The notes under the pieces are model-generated. The model searched no databases and had not been told where the DNA came from. It was given only the letters and a program-made list of their open reading frames with translations. DNA of 55,993 nucleotides. It comes from Bacteroidota bacterium (GTDB taxonomy: Bacteria; Bacteroidota; Ignavibacteria; Tepidaquicellales; Tepidaquicellaceae). Below are positions 21,701 through 30,959 of the stretch, in pieces; the first letter of the stretch is position 1, and each line of letters begins with the position of its first letter. The stretch covers positions 1 through 55,993 of the forward strand of contig JAEYVS010000103.1 of NCBI GenBank assembly GCA_023429265.1, written 5' to 3'. The translations under genes and the position numbers were made by a program.

Positions 21701-22048
21701 ATATGACGCAGCAACCATACGAAGGTCACCTTCAACCTTTCCTGCAATTGTAAGACCTGCTGTAAAGATTGCATATTTTCCGGTACCTTTTGGCCACTCA
21801 AAACCGGGAAAGTTATTCGTATTAATATCCTGATCAAATATACCTTTATTCCATATCTGAGCAGCGATGTTGTTTGCATCAAGCGTATCAGTATTTGGAG
21901 TGACGGCGTCTATATTGTCCGTCAGGCTCCCATAATACGGGGTAAACCCGTTATCCAGACCAACAATTCTTACTCTGGGCTTTGCTTCAAGCAATGTTGC
22001 TCCCAGGAAAGTTGTAAGCAGGATTATTATTAAAATTTTTATTTTCAT
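18707..22048 (-). CDS. Large secreted protein of unknown function with a T9SS-sorting-domain-like C-terminus
   Basis: 1113 aa. Signal peptide and Asn/Gly/Thr/Pro-rich beta-type sequence. The C-terminal segment VPNPY...ITFRRLP..CTIKIYTLNGDLVRKIE...ASGMYIALIDAPGIGQKIIKLAI resembles a T9SS type A/FlgD-Ig-like domain and is followed by 9 extra residues (FTGQERADF). Confidence 0.6.
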   Translation of the reverse strand: MKIKILIIILLTTFLGATLLEAKPRVRIVGLDNGFTPYYGSLTDNIDAVTPNTDTLDANNIAAQIWNKGIFDQDINTNNFPGFEWPKGTGKYAIFTAGLTIAGKVEGDLRMVAASYSGEWAPGYVENGVPITDARFKLYSVKVGDNANNNPDYANWGDMVPFGAPYVDINNNGTYDPGTDLPGVRDASETIFVCLTDGFVDEHNSSEGFGGGTAPMNAEMHLTAWAYNVSGIEDMQFLSFKIINKNTSAWDSTFFGIVVDPDLGDATDDWIGCDPALNMAYCFNSSNTDGTGTGITYGSNPPASGMDFFRSPINSVTGDTLGLTSFVYFTNPGSGQAVCEQDPDSPEQSYRYLQGLKSDGTSWLNPAFSPPRKTVFCYPGDPEANTTSDTNWAEADGRINNCGGDTTGTVDPSPGGDRRFIFNSGSFQFTMNPGDTQEVVLAQFVARGSNNLNSVTLLKRMDETAQKLFDADFNVIPPPPTPISTVSYEQLNENGEVAINFAWQNNAESYQFLDTVFAGPQDSSIYKFQGYQIYEIRKSANSLPNFYDPASINDDLTLLAIFDIQDTVGIIQDSISMGFNVNNQLQYGYFPVVPPYTYSQPSGFPNSGLMRNFRVTQTNYPGEYNGNAALIYGQEYKYLIIAYGYSPNAPRGLKANFSPLSSSVITVRPTATLAGTQTYYNTGDTLNTNRRDLGLAPIILDANALTNASYRVQYNADTTYNILKSVDGGAFGPLAQNIALNNSVGSYNFDGIQFKVNRITRTGVIRDSIQNPASNQSRQYGFSYNPPGNKYLEGSKYVRQADRPWQSQLMNLSWPTQTTFTGLGSLVSSTELRNVEIEFTGLGGAGQMAYRYLDTSTVGQDNWYLYQDFVEVPFRAYEVDPTDSTAQRRQINVAFVVSNDINPAPAGWEPSADSLGGKLITYFFRSDYNPNPDPFYTSKNLFLQQGQTDIMYVWAPKLIAPGATYSVGDVFSIYPYYTTRPNVTPGYPLYYDFNIQGTTVSTEVAVTRGDMEKIRAVPNPYLGFNVLESSSANRFITFRRLPEVCTIKIYTLNGDLVRKIEKNNTVSDQQWNLRTFEDVPVASGMYIALIDAPGIGQKIIKLAIFTGQERADF

Positions 22049-22095
22049 TTTTTCAAACTCTTTTGAATTTATATTTACGTTTTAATTCATCCTAT

Positions 22096-25011
22096 TTAAA
22101 AGCTTAATTTAGCACCAAATCTTATCTGTCTTGGAGGACCCCAGTTTGTGATATCACGGATTCTGTCACTCCAGTTTCTCTTAAACACATCATCTGCAGC
22201 AGCGCCCGTTGATGTATTCAAATATCCGTTATCATCAGGTACGCCGGTAGCTCCATACACATTATTGATAAGCTCAGTATCAAATACATTAAGCACATAA
22301 ATATAAATATTCAGATTTGTTTTCCATATATCGATAGATTTATCAAGCTTAAGATCTAGTCTTGTATTCCAATCGGTATATACGCCATTTTTCGTTGATA
22401 ATGCTACATCACCTGTTTCAAAAGCATTTCTTGGGAGATTTCTTACAGTGTATGGACGTCCGCTATTAAAACTGAACTGAAGATTAAGTCCAAGATTGCT
22501 TAAGATTGCTCCTGCAAATCCTTTGGGAACATCAGTACTTCCAAACCTATAATCAAGATTGATACTTCCGGTATGTCTTTGATCAAAGTCAGTGGGGAAG
22601 AGGAATTTTGGAAACTGTCCGTCCGGATTATTTGCTAATGAAAATTTAGAGAATGGATCAGAACCCACACCAGATGCATATGCTAATGTATAGGATATGT
22701 CAACGGATGCCCTCTGGAACCTTCTCATACTAAGATAAAATTCAAGACCTCTTGATAAGCTAAAATCAGTATTTTCGTAAACTGCATAACCATTAGGAAC
22801 TCCTGGTCCACGCAATATTCTTGCAGTACCAATCTGATCCTGAGTTTCTTTGTAAAATGCTGTGATTCCAAAATTAATAATGTCACCAACTTGCTGTTTG
22901 AAACCAACTTCGTATGAGGTTAGCTTTTCAGGCTTTAGCGATGAATTTTCAACAACATTCTGTACAGAGTTGCTAAAGAACTTCCTGAAATACTCTCTTG
23001 GAATGTACATCAGCTGTAACTGAGGAAGCTGAATAAACCTACCATAATTCGCAATGAATACTGTCTTATCCGTAACCGGGAATGAAAAACCGAGCCTTGG
23101 ACTAAATTCGATAACAGCTTCACTTTGCTGAAAATCATCGTCAGAAAGCAATTGTCCATCAGGTCCTATTATGTTATTCAGATCTTTGATCACCATCGTG
23201 TTTACATCGAAGTAATCCATCCTTAGACCTGCATTAACTGTCAAATCACCGAAATCGATCTTATCACGTAAATATCCTGCTCCAATAATTGGATTTCTTG
23301 GTGCAAAATCCTCACCGTCCACTATAATTGGATTACCATATTGATCACGAACTTCATATCCGTAGGATTTCAAAAGTACTTCACGTCCAAAGAACAGGTC
23401 TGTGGGATTTTGAGCATAAACCGGGTTTCCTAAAGGATCGTAGCTTAGAATAGAGTTATTCGCCAATGCCACAGGGCTAAGCTGTAATGACCTGAGAGTA
23501 TGATATTTGTATTCACCACCAAACTTAATTTCGTGGTCTCCGTATTTCTTTGTTAAAACTGATAAAGTAGCGTCACCTTTACCGCCAATGTAGCTTACTT
23601 CACTTTTGGTGAAAATATTATTCACCCTGCCTGCAAGGAAAAATACGTTCGAAGTAGAAGGGTCATTACCCATTCTGGTTCCCTGCAGCATAGCTGTTGG
23701 ATCCGTTGTGGATTGAATATTTCTTTGTCTTGCCATAAGTTCCGGTACACTATTAGTGTCACCATACGCAAACCAGTTGCCCATAAATAATGGATCACCA
23801 AATTCTGACCTGGTATTATAATGGCTAAATTGGAGTTCATAAAAGAACCTTGAAGATACATTATGTATTAGCCTGCCATAGTATTGCCTGTCTTTTGTTA
23901 TATCAAGAGGATTCCTGAATGAATTACTCTTATAATATGATTGAACAAAGTTTCTGCTGTGATCATCAGTCATTGTTAAACCACCCCGTAAATTGATAGG
24001 GATCTTACTTCCTTGAACCTCGGTTAAATTAATATTTAACCTTGCATTATATGAATAAAGGTTTTTCGTAAAGTTTGGGATGACACCATCTGTGAATAAT
24101 TCGTTAGAAATCCAACTCGGATTTGCAACTAACTGGAATTGTTTTTCAAAACCGCCGTAAAAATTTAAAACCTTGGAAAGTGATTTTGTAGGAATCAGTG
24201 GACCACCAAAGGTTATACTATATAGGTTATAACCCTGGGATGTTGTATTTGCCCAGTCACCTGCAAATTCATCTGTAATAGCTTCAATTGAGCCTGTGTA
24301 TTTGTCTGTACCACCCTTTGTAGTTACGTTAATAACACCGCTAAGTACGTTACCGTATTCAGCTCCGAAACCACCTGTGTACACAGCGATCTCTTGCAAT
24401 AGTCCGTTTGATACAAAAGCTGAAGAAGTACCATCGATTGGATTTGTAGTCACAACTCCATCCACAATGATAACTGTTTCATCTGTTCTACCACCTCGGA
24501 TATTAATGTTATTTCCGCGTTCATCCTGAACAACCCCTGCGGTTTTTGAAACGATATTTTGAATACCTCTAATACCGGTATTTTCAATTTGATCTTGAGT
24601 TATGAGCCTACCGCTCTGTTCAACATCAATACCTTTTCTCTCTGCAGTAATTTCGATTGTTTCAGTTGTAACCTCTGCATCTGACCTCATATCAAAGTTT
24701 ACAGTAGTCTTTTGGTCAACCGATACTCTCACTTCATTGACTTTTGTATCTGTATAACCAATGTAAGACGCAGTTACACTATAAGTACCTACGTCAACGT
24801 TTAATATCACATATTGTCCGTTGTCATCAGTTACCGCTCCCATTGATGTGCCATCTATTCGGATCGTGGCTCCGATCAAAGGAGTTCTATCAGATGCATC
24901 CAGTACTGTACCCCCGATACTACCAGTAGTCTGGGCAAGCAATGATGAAGTCATAATAGAACCGGCAAAAAAACTTAGGACTATAAAAAGGTATGTATAC
25001 TTACCCCTCAT
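22096..25011 (-). CDS. SusC-like TonB-dependent receptor (carboxypeptidase-regulatory-like N-domain, plug and barrel)
   Basis: 971 aa. Signal peptide, GSIGGTVLDASDRTPLIGATIRIDGTSMGAVTDDNGQYVILNV (CarboxypepD_reg-like), plug motifs (NIRGGRTDETVIIVDGV) and a terminal aromatic (KLSF). Confidence 0.8.
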   Translation of the reverse strand: MRGKYTYLFIVLSFFAGSIMTSSLLAQTTGSIGGTVLDASDRTPLIGATIRIDGTSMGAVTDDNGQYVILNVDVGTYSVTASYIGYTDTKVNEVRVSVDQKTTVNFDMRSDAEVTTETIEITAERKGIDVEQSGRLITQDQIENTGIRGIQNIVSKTAGVVQDERGNNINIRGGRTDETVIIVDGVVTTNPIDGTSSAFVSNGLLQEIAVYTGGFGAEYGNVLSGVINVTTKGGTDKYTGSIEAITDEFAGDWANTTSQGYNLYSITFGGPLIPTKSLSKVLNFYGGFEKQFQLVANPSWISNELFTDGVIPNFTKNLYSYNARLNINLTEVQGSKIPINLRGGLTMTDDHSRNFVQSYYKSNSFRNPLDITKDRQYYGRLIHNVSSRFFYELQFSHYNTRSEFGDPLFMGNWFAYGDTNSVPELMARQRNIQSTTDPTAMLQGTRMGNDPSTSNVFFLAGRVNNIFTKSEVSYIGGKGDATLSVLTKKYGDHEIKFGGEYKYHTLRSLQLSPVALANNSILSYDPLGNPVYAQNPTDLFFGREVLLKSYGYEVRDQYGNPIIVDGEDFAPRNPIIGAGYLRDKIDFGDLTVNAGLRMDYFDVNTMVIKDLNNIIGPDGQLLSDDDFQQSEAVIEFSPRLGFSFPVTDKTVFIANYGRFIQLPQLQLMYIPREYFRKFFSNSVQNVVENSSLKPEKLTSYEVGFKQQVGDIINFGITAFYKETQDQIGTARILRGPGVPNGYAVYENTDFSLSRGLEFYLSMRRFQRASVDISYTLAYASGVGSDPFSKFSLANNPDGQFPKFLFPTDFDQRHTGSINLDYRFGSTDVPKGFAGAILSNLGLNLQFSFNSGRPYTVRNLPRNAFETGDVALSTKNGVYTDWNTRLDLKLDKSIDIWKTNLNIYIYVLNVFDTELINNVYGATGVPDDNGYLNTSTGAAADDVFKRNWSDRIRDITNWGPPRQIRFGAKLSF

Positions 25012-25030
25012 AATTCCCTCCGATATTCGT

Positions 25031-25072
25031 TTTAATATTTAAAATTAATGACCCCCACAATAAGTGGGGGTC
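25031..25072 (-). terminator. Putative terminator after the 609-aa BNR gene
   Basis: GACCCCCA-7 nt-TGGGGGTC, followed on the minus strand by a moderately T-rich tract (ATTAATTTTAAAT). Confidence 0.5.
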
Positions 25073-25086
25073 AAACGGGTTGATAA

Positions 25087-26916
25087 CTATTTAACTAAAA
25101 CCATTTTTTTAGTCTCTCTGAAATTCTCAGTTTGTAAAGTATAGAAGTAAATTCCGCTGGATAAACCTACGGCATTAAAGTTTACTTCTTTAACCCCTGA
25201 TGTTACTCTCTCATTATTGAGAAGAGTAGCAACTTCTTTACCTGAAATATCATAAACCTTCAACACAACATTTGAAGCAGAAGGAAGTGAGAACCTGATT
25301 GATGTTGTTGGATTAAATGGATTAGGATAATTTTGTTCTAACCTGAATGATTCCGGTGTTTCACTTGAAATATTATTAATAAATACCGGACCGGGAATCT
25401 CTACCCTTACAAACATTTGTTGCGCCTGTGATTCACCATTTCCTGCACCATTCACAAAACTTCCTGGAATCGAATCTGAAAGCACAACCATATTAGCAAA
25501 ATAATTGCTTGATCCATTATTATCATTCCATTGAGATACTGATGGATACGACCAATCTCTTCGCGGAGTTGTAGGATTAATTCTTTCCGGGGCTTTCCAA
25601 GAAGCTCCATTATCACCGGAAGCTGTAAGATAAATATCTTTAAAAGATGTTGAGTCTAAACCACCGGTTTCTCCACTGGTAGCCATAAACGAAACCATTA
25701 ATACCTGTCCATCTCCCGAAACACCAATCGAAGGACGGCAAAGTGGTGCCATAACGTCGTTAGTTCCTGTATATGGGAAATATGGAACATTACCTGAATC
25801 TGCAATTGCAATACTCCTGTCCGGATCAGCTCCAGGAAGTGAAGGAGACCAGAACCTTATCTTTGAAGGGGCAGTAGGGATGAAAGTTCCTTCTGTTGTT
25901 TGCATAATTGTTTCAAATACAACTTTAGGACTATTTTCCTGATAAACCATAGAAATTCCTCTTAACAAACCAAGGCTGTCTGTGTTAAAATTAGCATCGA
26001 AAATCTTGAGAGGAGCACTAAATGTAGCTCCATCATCAGTTGACTCAATAAACCATCCATCACCATAATTAGCAGGATCGTTTAAATCATCATTAATATA
26101 TGCAATACCGATCCTTCCGTCTGTTCCCCTTGCTAATGAATATCCTTCTGCATTAGCGGCAGCTAAAGGAGAATAGCCTGTGTAAGAAGATGAAGTCAAT
26201 GAAGTTCCTACATTAGTATATGTTGAATCAGCCGTTGTAATATTAATGGAGGCTGCAATAATAAATTTATTAGGATTTAGAATGTTACTTGTCGCAATAA
26301 CTCTTGGCCAAATTGGGGCTCCTCCACTTACTACACCCGGATCGAGTGCTGTAAATGAACCTAATCCAGGAAATGCATCTACAAAAACCTGTGCCCTGGT
26401 TGACCCACCGCCGGCACCTGAGTGATTTGCTATTAAAGCATTACCATCACTCACACCGGTAATTGCTGCAAAACCGCTGTTTACGTTTGGAACATCAGCC
26501 ACAAATGCCCATGTAGCTCCTCTATCACTGCTAAAGAAATATTTTGTATTTCTTACAGCAAATGTCGGATCCAATGTTGCCATAAGAACAGCATGTATAT
26601 TGTCAGGATTATTTGGATCCTGCCATATCATCATTGGAGTTCCGTTTGATTCAAGGTCATAAACTGAAACACCACTTGTAGGCTCCATTGTAATTGAACT
26701 TATGAAACCTAGTCCATCATTTTGAATCGTGAAACCACTTTGAAAAAGATTCACAACCGGTGTTAAATTGTGATTTACTTTTGAAATTGTCTGCCCTGGC
26801 TTTAAGCCAACAAGTGCATCACCATTTTGATGAATTCTGTACTCTGTTCTCGGTCCTGCATAAGAGTTTGCGAAAAAAAGTACCGAAACGCTAAGTAGTA
26901 AAATTGCTCTTAACAT
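25087..26916 (-). CDS. Asp-box/BNR-repeat (sialidase-fold-like) protein with T9SS C-terminal sorting domain, paralogue 1
   Basis: 609 aa. Signal peptide, Asp-boxes SSDRGATW, STDDGATF and SGDNGASW, and CTD QNYPNPFNPTTSIRFSLP...GIYFYTLQTENFRETKKMVLVK. Confidence 0.75.
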   Translation of the reverse strand: MLRAILLLSVSVLFFANSYAGPRTEYRIHQNGDALVGLKPGQTISKVNHNLTPVVNLFQSGFTIQNDGLGFISSITMEPTSGVSVYDLESNGTPMMIWQDPNNPDNIHAVLMATLDPTFAVRNTKYFFSSDRGATWAFVADVPNVNSGFAAITGVSDGNALIANHSGAGGGSTRAQVFVDAFPGLGSFTALDPGVVSGGAPIWPRVIATSNILNPNKFIIAASINITTADSTYTNVGTSLTSSSYTGYSPLAAANAEGYSLARGTDGRIGIAYINDDLNDPANYGDGWFIESTDDGATFSAPLKIFDANFNTDSLGLLRGISMVYQENSPKVVFETIMQTTEGTFIPTAPSKIRFWSPSLPGADPDRSIAIADSGNVPYFPYTGTNDVMAPLCRPSIGVSGDGQVLMVSFMATSGETGGLDSTSFKDIYLTASGDNGASWKAPERINPTTPRRDWSYPSVSQWNDNNGSSNYFANMVVLSDSIPGSFVNGAGNGESQAQQMFVRVEIPGPVFINNISSETPESFRLEQNYPNPFNPTTSIRFSLPSASNVVLKVYDISGKEVATLLNNERVTSGVKEVNFNAVGLSSGIYFYTLQTENFRETKKMVLVK

Positions 26917-27110
26917 TTTTTTCCCTTTGTTTTAATTATAAAATATATTGTAAAGTAATTGTAAACTTTAAAAACAATATAATACTATTTCAAAATCTTG
27001 TCAATATAGATATTCATAGGCTAAATATTGGGTTATTATGACTTAAGGCCTGTATTCATAGTCAAAGACAACAATTTTGCATTGCTATCCTATACGTTTA
27101 CCTACATTAC

Positions 27111-27147
27111 AAAAAAACCGGGTAAAAGTAGATAACTAATACCCGGT
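27111..27147 (-). terminator. Rho-independent terminator after the 613-aa BNR gene
   Basis: On the minus strand: ACCGGGTA-15 nt-TACCCGGT followed by TTTTTT. Confidence 0.6.
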
Positions 27148-27168
27148 GTTATAGAATCTGTAATCAAA

Positions 27169-29010
27169 CTACTTAAGAAGTACCATTTTCTTTGTTTCTC
27201 TAAAATCACTTGTGGACAGGGTGTAGAAATACACTCCTGAAGAAAGATTCCTGGAATCAAAGCTTATATTATGAATTCCTGATTGAATATTTCCGTTTAC
27301 AAGTGTGGCCACCTCTAATCCGGCTGAGTTATATACTTTTAATGTTACGAAATCTCTTTGGGGAACATTAAAAGTAATTGTTGTAGATGGATTAAATGGA
27401 TTTGGATAATTCTGAAGTAATACATAAGCTTCAGGATTTGAAATCGTATTGTTGTTAATATTTGTCGTCGCCATAGTTATTTTCCTATATGTCTGGAAAT
27501 TATGTGATGGCGGAGCGGTTGGAGATGTTCCGTTAAACATAGTCGGTCCATCACCTACATCTTTCATATAAACTAAATTGAGTTCATATGTATTTGCATC
27601 CGTTCCTTTATTCCAAAGTGAAATAGAAGGGAAACCTTCATCAATTGTCGGAGTTTCTGTGATCCTTACGGGTGCTGACCAGCTTGTTCCTGCGTCAGTC
27701 GAATATTGATAAAAAACATCTCTGGTATTAAATCCGTTCATACCTGAATCCTGGGTAACAACATCATATGAGACATACAATACATTGTTATCTTCTGACC
27801 ATCCAAATTTTGGATGATCTACTGCCATTTGAAATGCCCAGGGTTTGAAAAATGTTCTTGCCATCATTGGCAGATTTACTGTATCTGCAATTACAGTCGT
27901 GGATGTTACAGTATTTCCTGTACCCCTGATTAAGAATAATCTTGTTTTTGCAAAAAGACCATCTGCTGTTCCGCTGGCTACCCAATACCAATCATCGGTA
28001 CCCTGTCTAAAAGTAAGATCATGTCCTCCAACTATTGCTACTGTATCCTGGTCTCCATTTTCTAAGAAAGGAGTAAATATATCAAATGCAGGTCCTAATG
28101 TCTGAGCATTATCGGTGGAAATTCTCATCCTAACTATTGGGTTCTCCAGTACATCTGTTTCAGTTTCAGGATTAGCGATCATTCCAACAGTTCCGTTGCC
28201 ATTGTTGGCTACATTAAATCCCATATTACTAAATGCTACCCCGCCTGCATATGGGGGGGTTGCAACCCATAATACATTTTGAGGACCTACAGTTGTACCA
28301 TTCCATATAGAATAAAATACCGTATCGTTTTGTGCGGAAGTTGCTGACTGAGGACGCGACACTATAACAATATTTCCATTACTTAATACTGACATTTGTG
28401 GCCATATTGAAACCCCCGGCTGTGTAAATTCAGTAAATGAGCCCAACTGTGCAAATGCATCCATATATAGTTGGACTGAAAGTGGATTTCCCACAGGCTG
28501 ATTGTGATTACTGATCGCTGCAACCCTGTCACCCGTACCCGGTGCCAACTGCATTACAGCAAAGCCAGATCTGATCAGAGGCACATCTGTTACATAGGAC
28601 CAGGTAGCTCCCCCATCGGAAGAAATACCATATTCTGTTCTTCTCGTAGTTGCTCCCGTTGGATCTGTTTCGTCTGCCTGCACATCAATTGCATGAAGTA
28701 ACATTGGATTTCCCGGATCAACCTGTATGTAGTGATTTGATTCACCATTGGTTTTATAATCACCCCATCCATCGAGACCTGTCAGAATTTCCGGACCTAT
28801 AATCACATCACCGGTCCTGAATCCGGGTGCTAAAACAAAGGGAGGAAGTATTGGTGAATTATTTAATGGAGCAAGTGAATTTGTAACTGCTCCAAAATCA
28901 TCTAATTTTCTAATAGGGGTTGTACTTGATCTGTCACTTTGAGAATACAGGTCCTGTACCGACATTCCCATAATGCAGAATACTAAACTCAGTAAAAAGA
29001 TTTTTTTCAT
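27169..29010 (-). CDS. Asp-box/BNR-repeat protein with T9SS C-terminal sorting domain, paralogue 2
   Basis: 613 aa. Signal peptide, Asp-boxes SSDGGATW and STDAGTSW, and CTD QNYPNPFNPSTTITFNVP...GVYFYTLSTSDFRETKKMVLLK. Confidence 0.75.
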   Translation of the reverse strand: MKKIFLLSLVFCIMGMSVQDLYSQSDRSSTTPIRKLDDFGAVTNSLAPLNNSPILPPFVLAPGFRTGDVIIGPEILTGLDGWGDYKTNGESNHYIQVDPGNPMLLHAIDVQADETDPTGATTRRTEYGISSDGGATWSYVTDVPLIRSGFAVMQLAPGTGDRVAAISNHNQPVGNPLSVQLYMDAFAQLGSFTEFTQPGVSIWPQMSVLSNGNIVIVSRPQSATSAQNDTVFYSIWNGTTVGPQNVLWVATPPYAGGVAFSNMGFNVANNGNGTVGMIANPETETDVLENPIVRMRISTDNAQTLGPAFDIFTPFLENGDQDTVAIVGGHDLTFRQGTDDWYWVASGTADGLFAKTRLFLIRGTGNTVTSTTVIADTVNLPMMARTFFKPWAFQMAVDHPKFGWSEDNNVLYVSYDVVTQDSGMNGFNTRDVFYQYSTDAGTSWSAPVRITETPTIDEGFPSISLWNKGTDANTYELNLVYMKDVGDGPTMFNGTSPTAPPSHNFQTYRKITMATTNINNNTISNPEAYVLLQNYPNPFNPSTTITFNVPQRDFVTLKVYNSAGLEVATLVNGNIQSGIHNISFDSRNLSSGVYFYTLSTSDFRETKKMVLLK

Positions 29011-29104
29011 AATTTAATTTTAATGGTTATGTAATCTAACGTAATATAATTTAAAGAATTAAGCTTTTCAATATAGATTAGCTTTTTAATAGCAATAATG
29101 CAGA

Positions 29105-30955
29105 TTACTTAAGTATTATCATTTTTTTTGATAAAATACCGTTATCAGATACTATTGAATAAAAATACACCCCGGAATTAAGGCTTTCTGAGTTAAAGTT
29201 AAAGTTATATTCTCCCGGAGAATAAATTACATTCTCAATCAGATCTTTTACTTTTCTACCACTCACATCATACAGTACAAGAGAAATATTTGTTCTTTCA
29301 TTTACCGAAAATCTTATGTTTGTTTCCGGGTTAAATGGATTAGGATAATTCTGATAGAGATAAAATTGTTCAGGCAAATTTCCCGAAACCTGAGAAACCA
29401 GTAAAGGCTTTTCGATCTCAACCCTTGCAAACATTTGTTCGGCAAGTGATTTTCCATTCGCTTGACCGCTGGGATATGAGCCCGGGATATTATCAGACTG
29501 CATAATTAGATTTACAAAGTACTTAGATGAATTCTGATCGTTTGTCGGTGAAATACTTACATATGTCCAGTCCTTTCGTGGTGAAACTCCATTTACCATT
29601 ACAGGACTTTTCCAGGATGTTCCGCCGTCCGCTGATGCTGTAAGAAAAATATTATTAAATGAAGTAGCTTCAAAAGTTCCTGCAAGTACACTGTCGGCAA
29701 CAAGAAATGCGGCAAACAACACGGAACCATCATCAGACTTTCCAATCACAGGCCGGCATATTCCTGTCAGAAGATCATTTGTCCCCTGGTGAGGATGATA
29801 TGGAACATCAAGTGAATCAACTATTATCTTACTTTTATGGGGATCAGTACCGGGCAGAGAAGGTGACCAAAATCTGATATTGGATGCTATTGCAGGAAAA
29901 AATCCAACACCAAACTGCTGAAACACTGTTTCAAAAACAACTCTGGGCTGATCATTTGAATATATTATTGAGATTCCTCTGAATGCTCCCATACTATCTG
30001 CATTTGGAGATGTAAGGTCCGCATCGAAAATTTTCAGCAGATTGGAAAATGTAACACCCTGGTCTGTGGATTCCATAAAATATACATCACCGATATCTGC
30101 AGGAAATTTTATATCATTATTTACAAATGCTACTCCGATCTTGCCGCTCTCAGAACGCGCTATGGAATAACATTCGTCATTTCTAGCACGCATAAATTTC
30201 CAGGAGCCAAAACTTGCAGGAGAAAAATTTGTGCAATAATTATAATATGCTGAGTCGGATTCATTCCCTGCGGACAGCAATGAAAATTTAACGCTGCTGT
30301 TTATGCTGTCAGTTGCAACCAGTCTCGGCCACTCTACCTGACTGGTACTTCCCAGCCCGGGATCTACCGTGGAAAAGGAACCAAGCTGAGGAAATGATTC
30401 TATGTGAACAAATGTTCTGGTTACATTTGGCCCATTGACATAATGATTTGCAATAGCAATACTCCCATCGTTAAAACCTGTTACAGTTCCATAACCGCTT
30501 CTCGTATTATTTGGAAGTTCAGACCTGAATTCCCAGGAAGCTCCGAAATTACTGCTGAAATAATACCGGGTCCTTCTTAATGGAAAAGTTGGATAAACAT
30601 CCGCCATTGGGGATTCCATGTAAACAGCGTGTAAATATTGGGGATTAACCGGATCCTGCCACAGCTGAACCGGACAAGAATTGGATTGCTGGTCAAATAT
30701 ACTTGTTCCTCCGGTTGGAGAAAAATGCACATTAACAAAAAAGTCAGTACTTGAGGATGTTATGGAAAATCTTCCCAGTTTCTCGCTGTGAGTCTTTACA
30801 ACATTGGTTTTAGTAAAAGAAGAATTTTGAGAATATACAGGTTTCCCAACAAAATAATCGTCAATCCTATTAACACTATATGGCTGGATTTGGATTTGAG
30901 CCTGCAATACTATAGAAGCAAAAAACGTAACCCATATTAACAATAATTTTCCCAT
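29105..30955 (-). CDS. Asp-box/BNR-repeat protein with T9SS C-terminal sorting domain, paralogue 3
   Basis: 616 aa. Signal peptide, Asp-box-like SSNFGASW, STDQGVTF and SADGGTSW, and CTD QNYPNPFNPETNIRFSV...GVYFYSIVSDNGILSKKMIILK. Colinear with paralogue 1 (e.g. RFWSPSLPG.DP). Confidence 0.75.
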   Translation of the reverse strand: MGKLLLIWVTFFASIVLQAQIQIQPYSVNRIDDYFVGKPVYSQNSSFTKTNVVKTHSEKLGRFSITSSSTDFFVNVHFSPTGGTSIFDQQSNSCPVQLWQDPVNPQYLHAVYMESPMADVYPTFPLRRTRYYFSSNFGASWEFRSELPNNTRSGYGTVTGFNDGSIAIANHYVNGPNVTRTFVHIESFPQLGSFSTVDPGLGSTSQVEWPRLVATDSINSSVKFSLLSAGNESDSAYYNYCTNFSPASFGSWKFMRARNDECYSIARSESGKIGVAFVNNDIKFPADIGDVYFMESTDQGVTFSNLLKIFDADLTSPNADSMGAFRGISIIYSNDQPRVVFETVFQQFGVGFFPAIASNIRFWSPSLPGTDPHKSKIIVDSLDVPYHPHQGTNDLLTGICRPVIGKSDDGSVLFAAFLVADSVLAGTFEATSFNNIFLTASADGGTSWKSPVMVNGVSPRKDWTYVSISPTNDQNSSKYFVNLIMQSDNIPGSYPSGQANGKSLAEQMFARVEIEKPLLVSQVSGNLPEQFYLYQNYPNPFNPETNIRFSVNERTNISLVLYDVSGRKVKDLIENVIYSPGEYNFNFNSESLNSGVYFYSIVSDNGILSKKMIILK

Positions 30956-30959
30956 ACAC

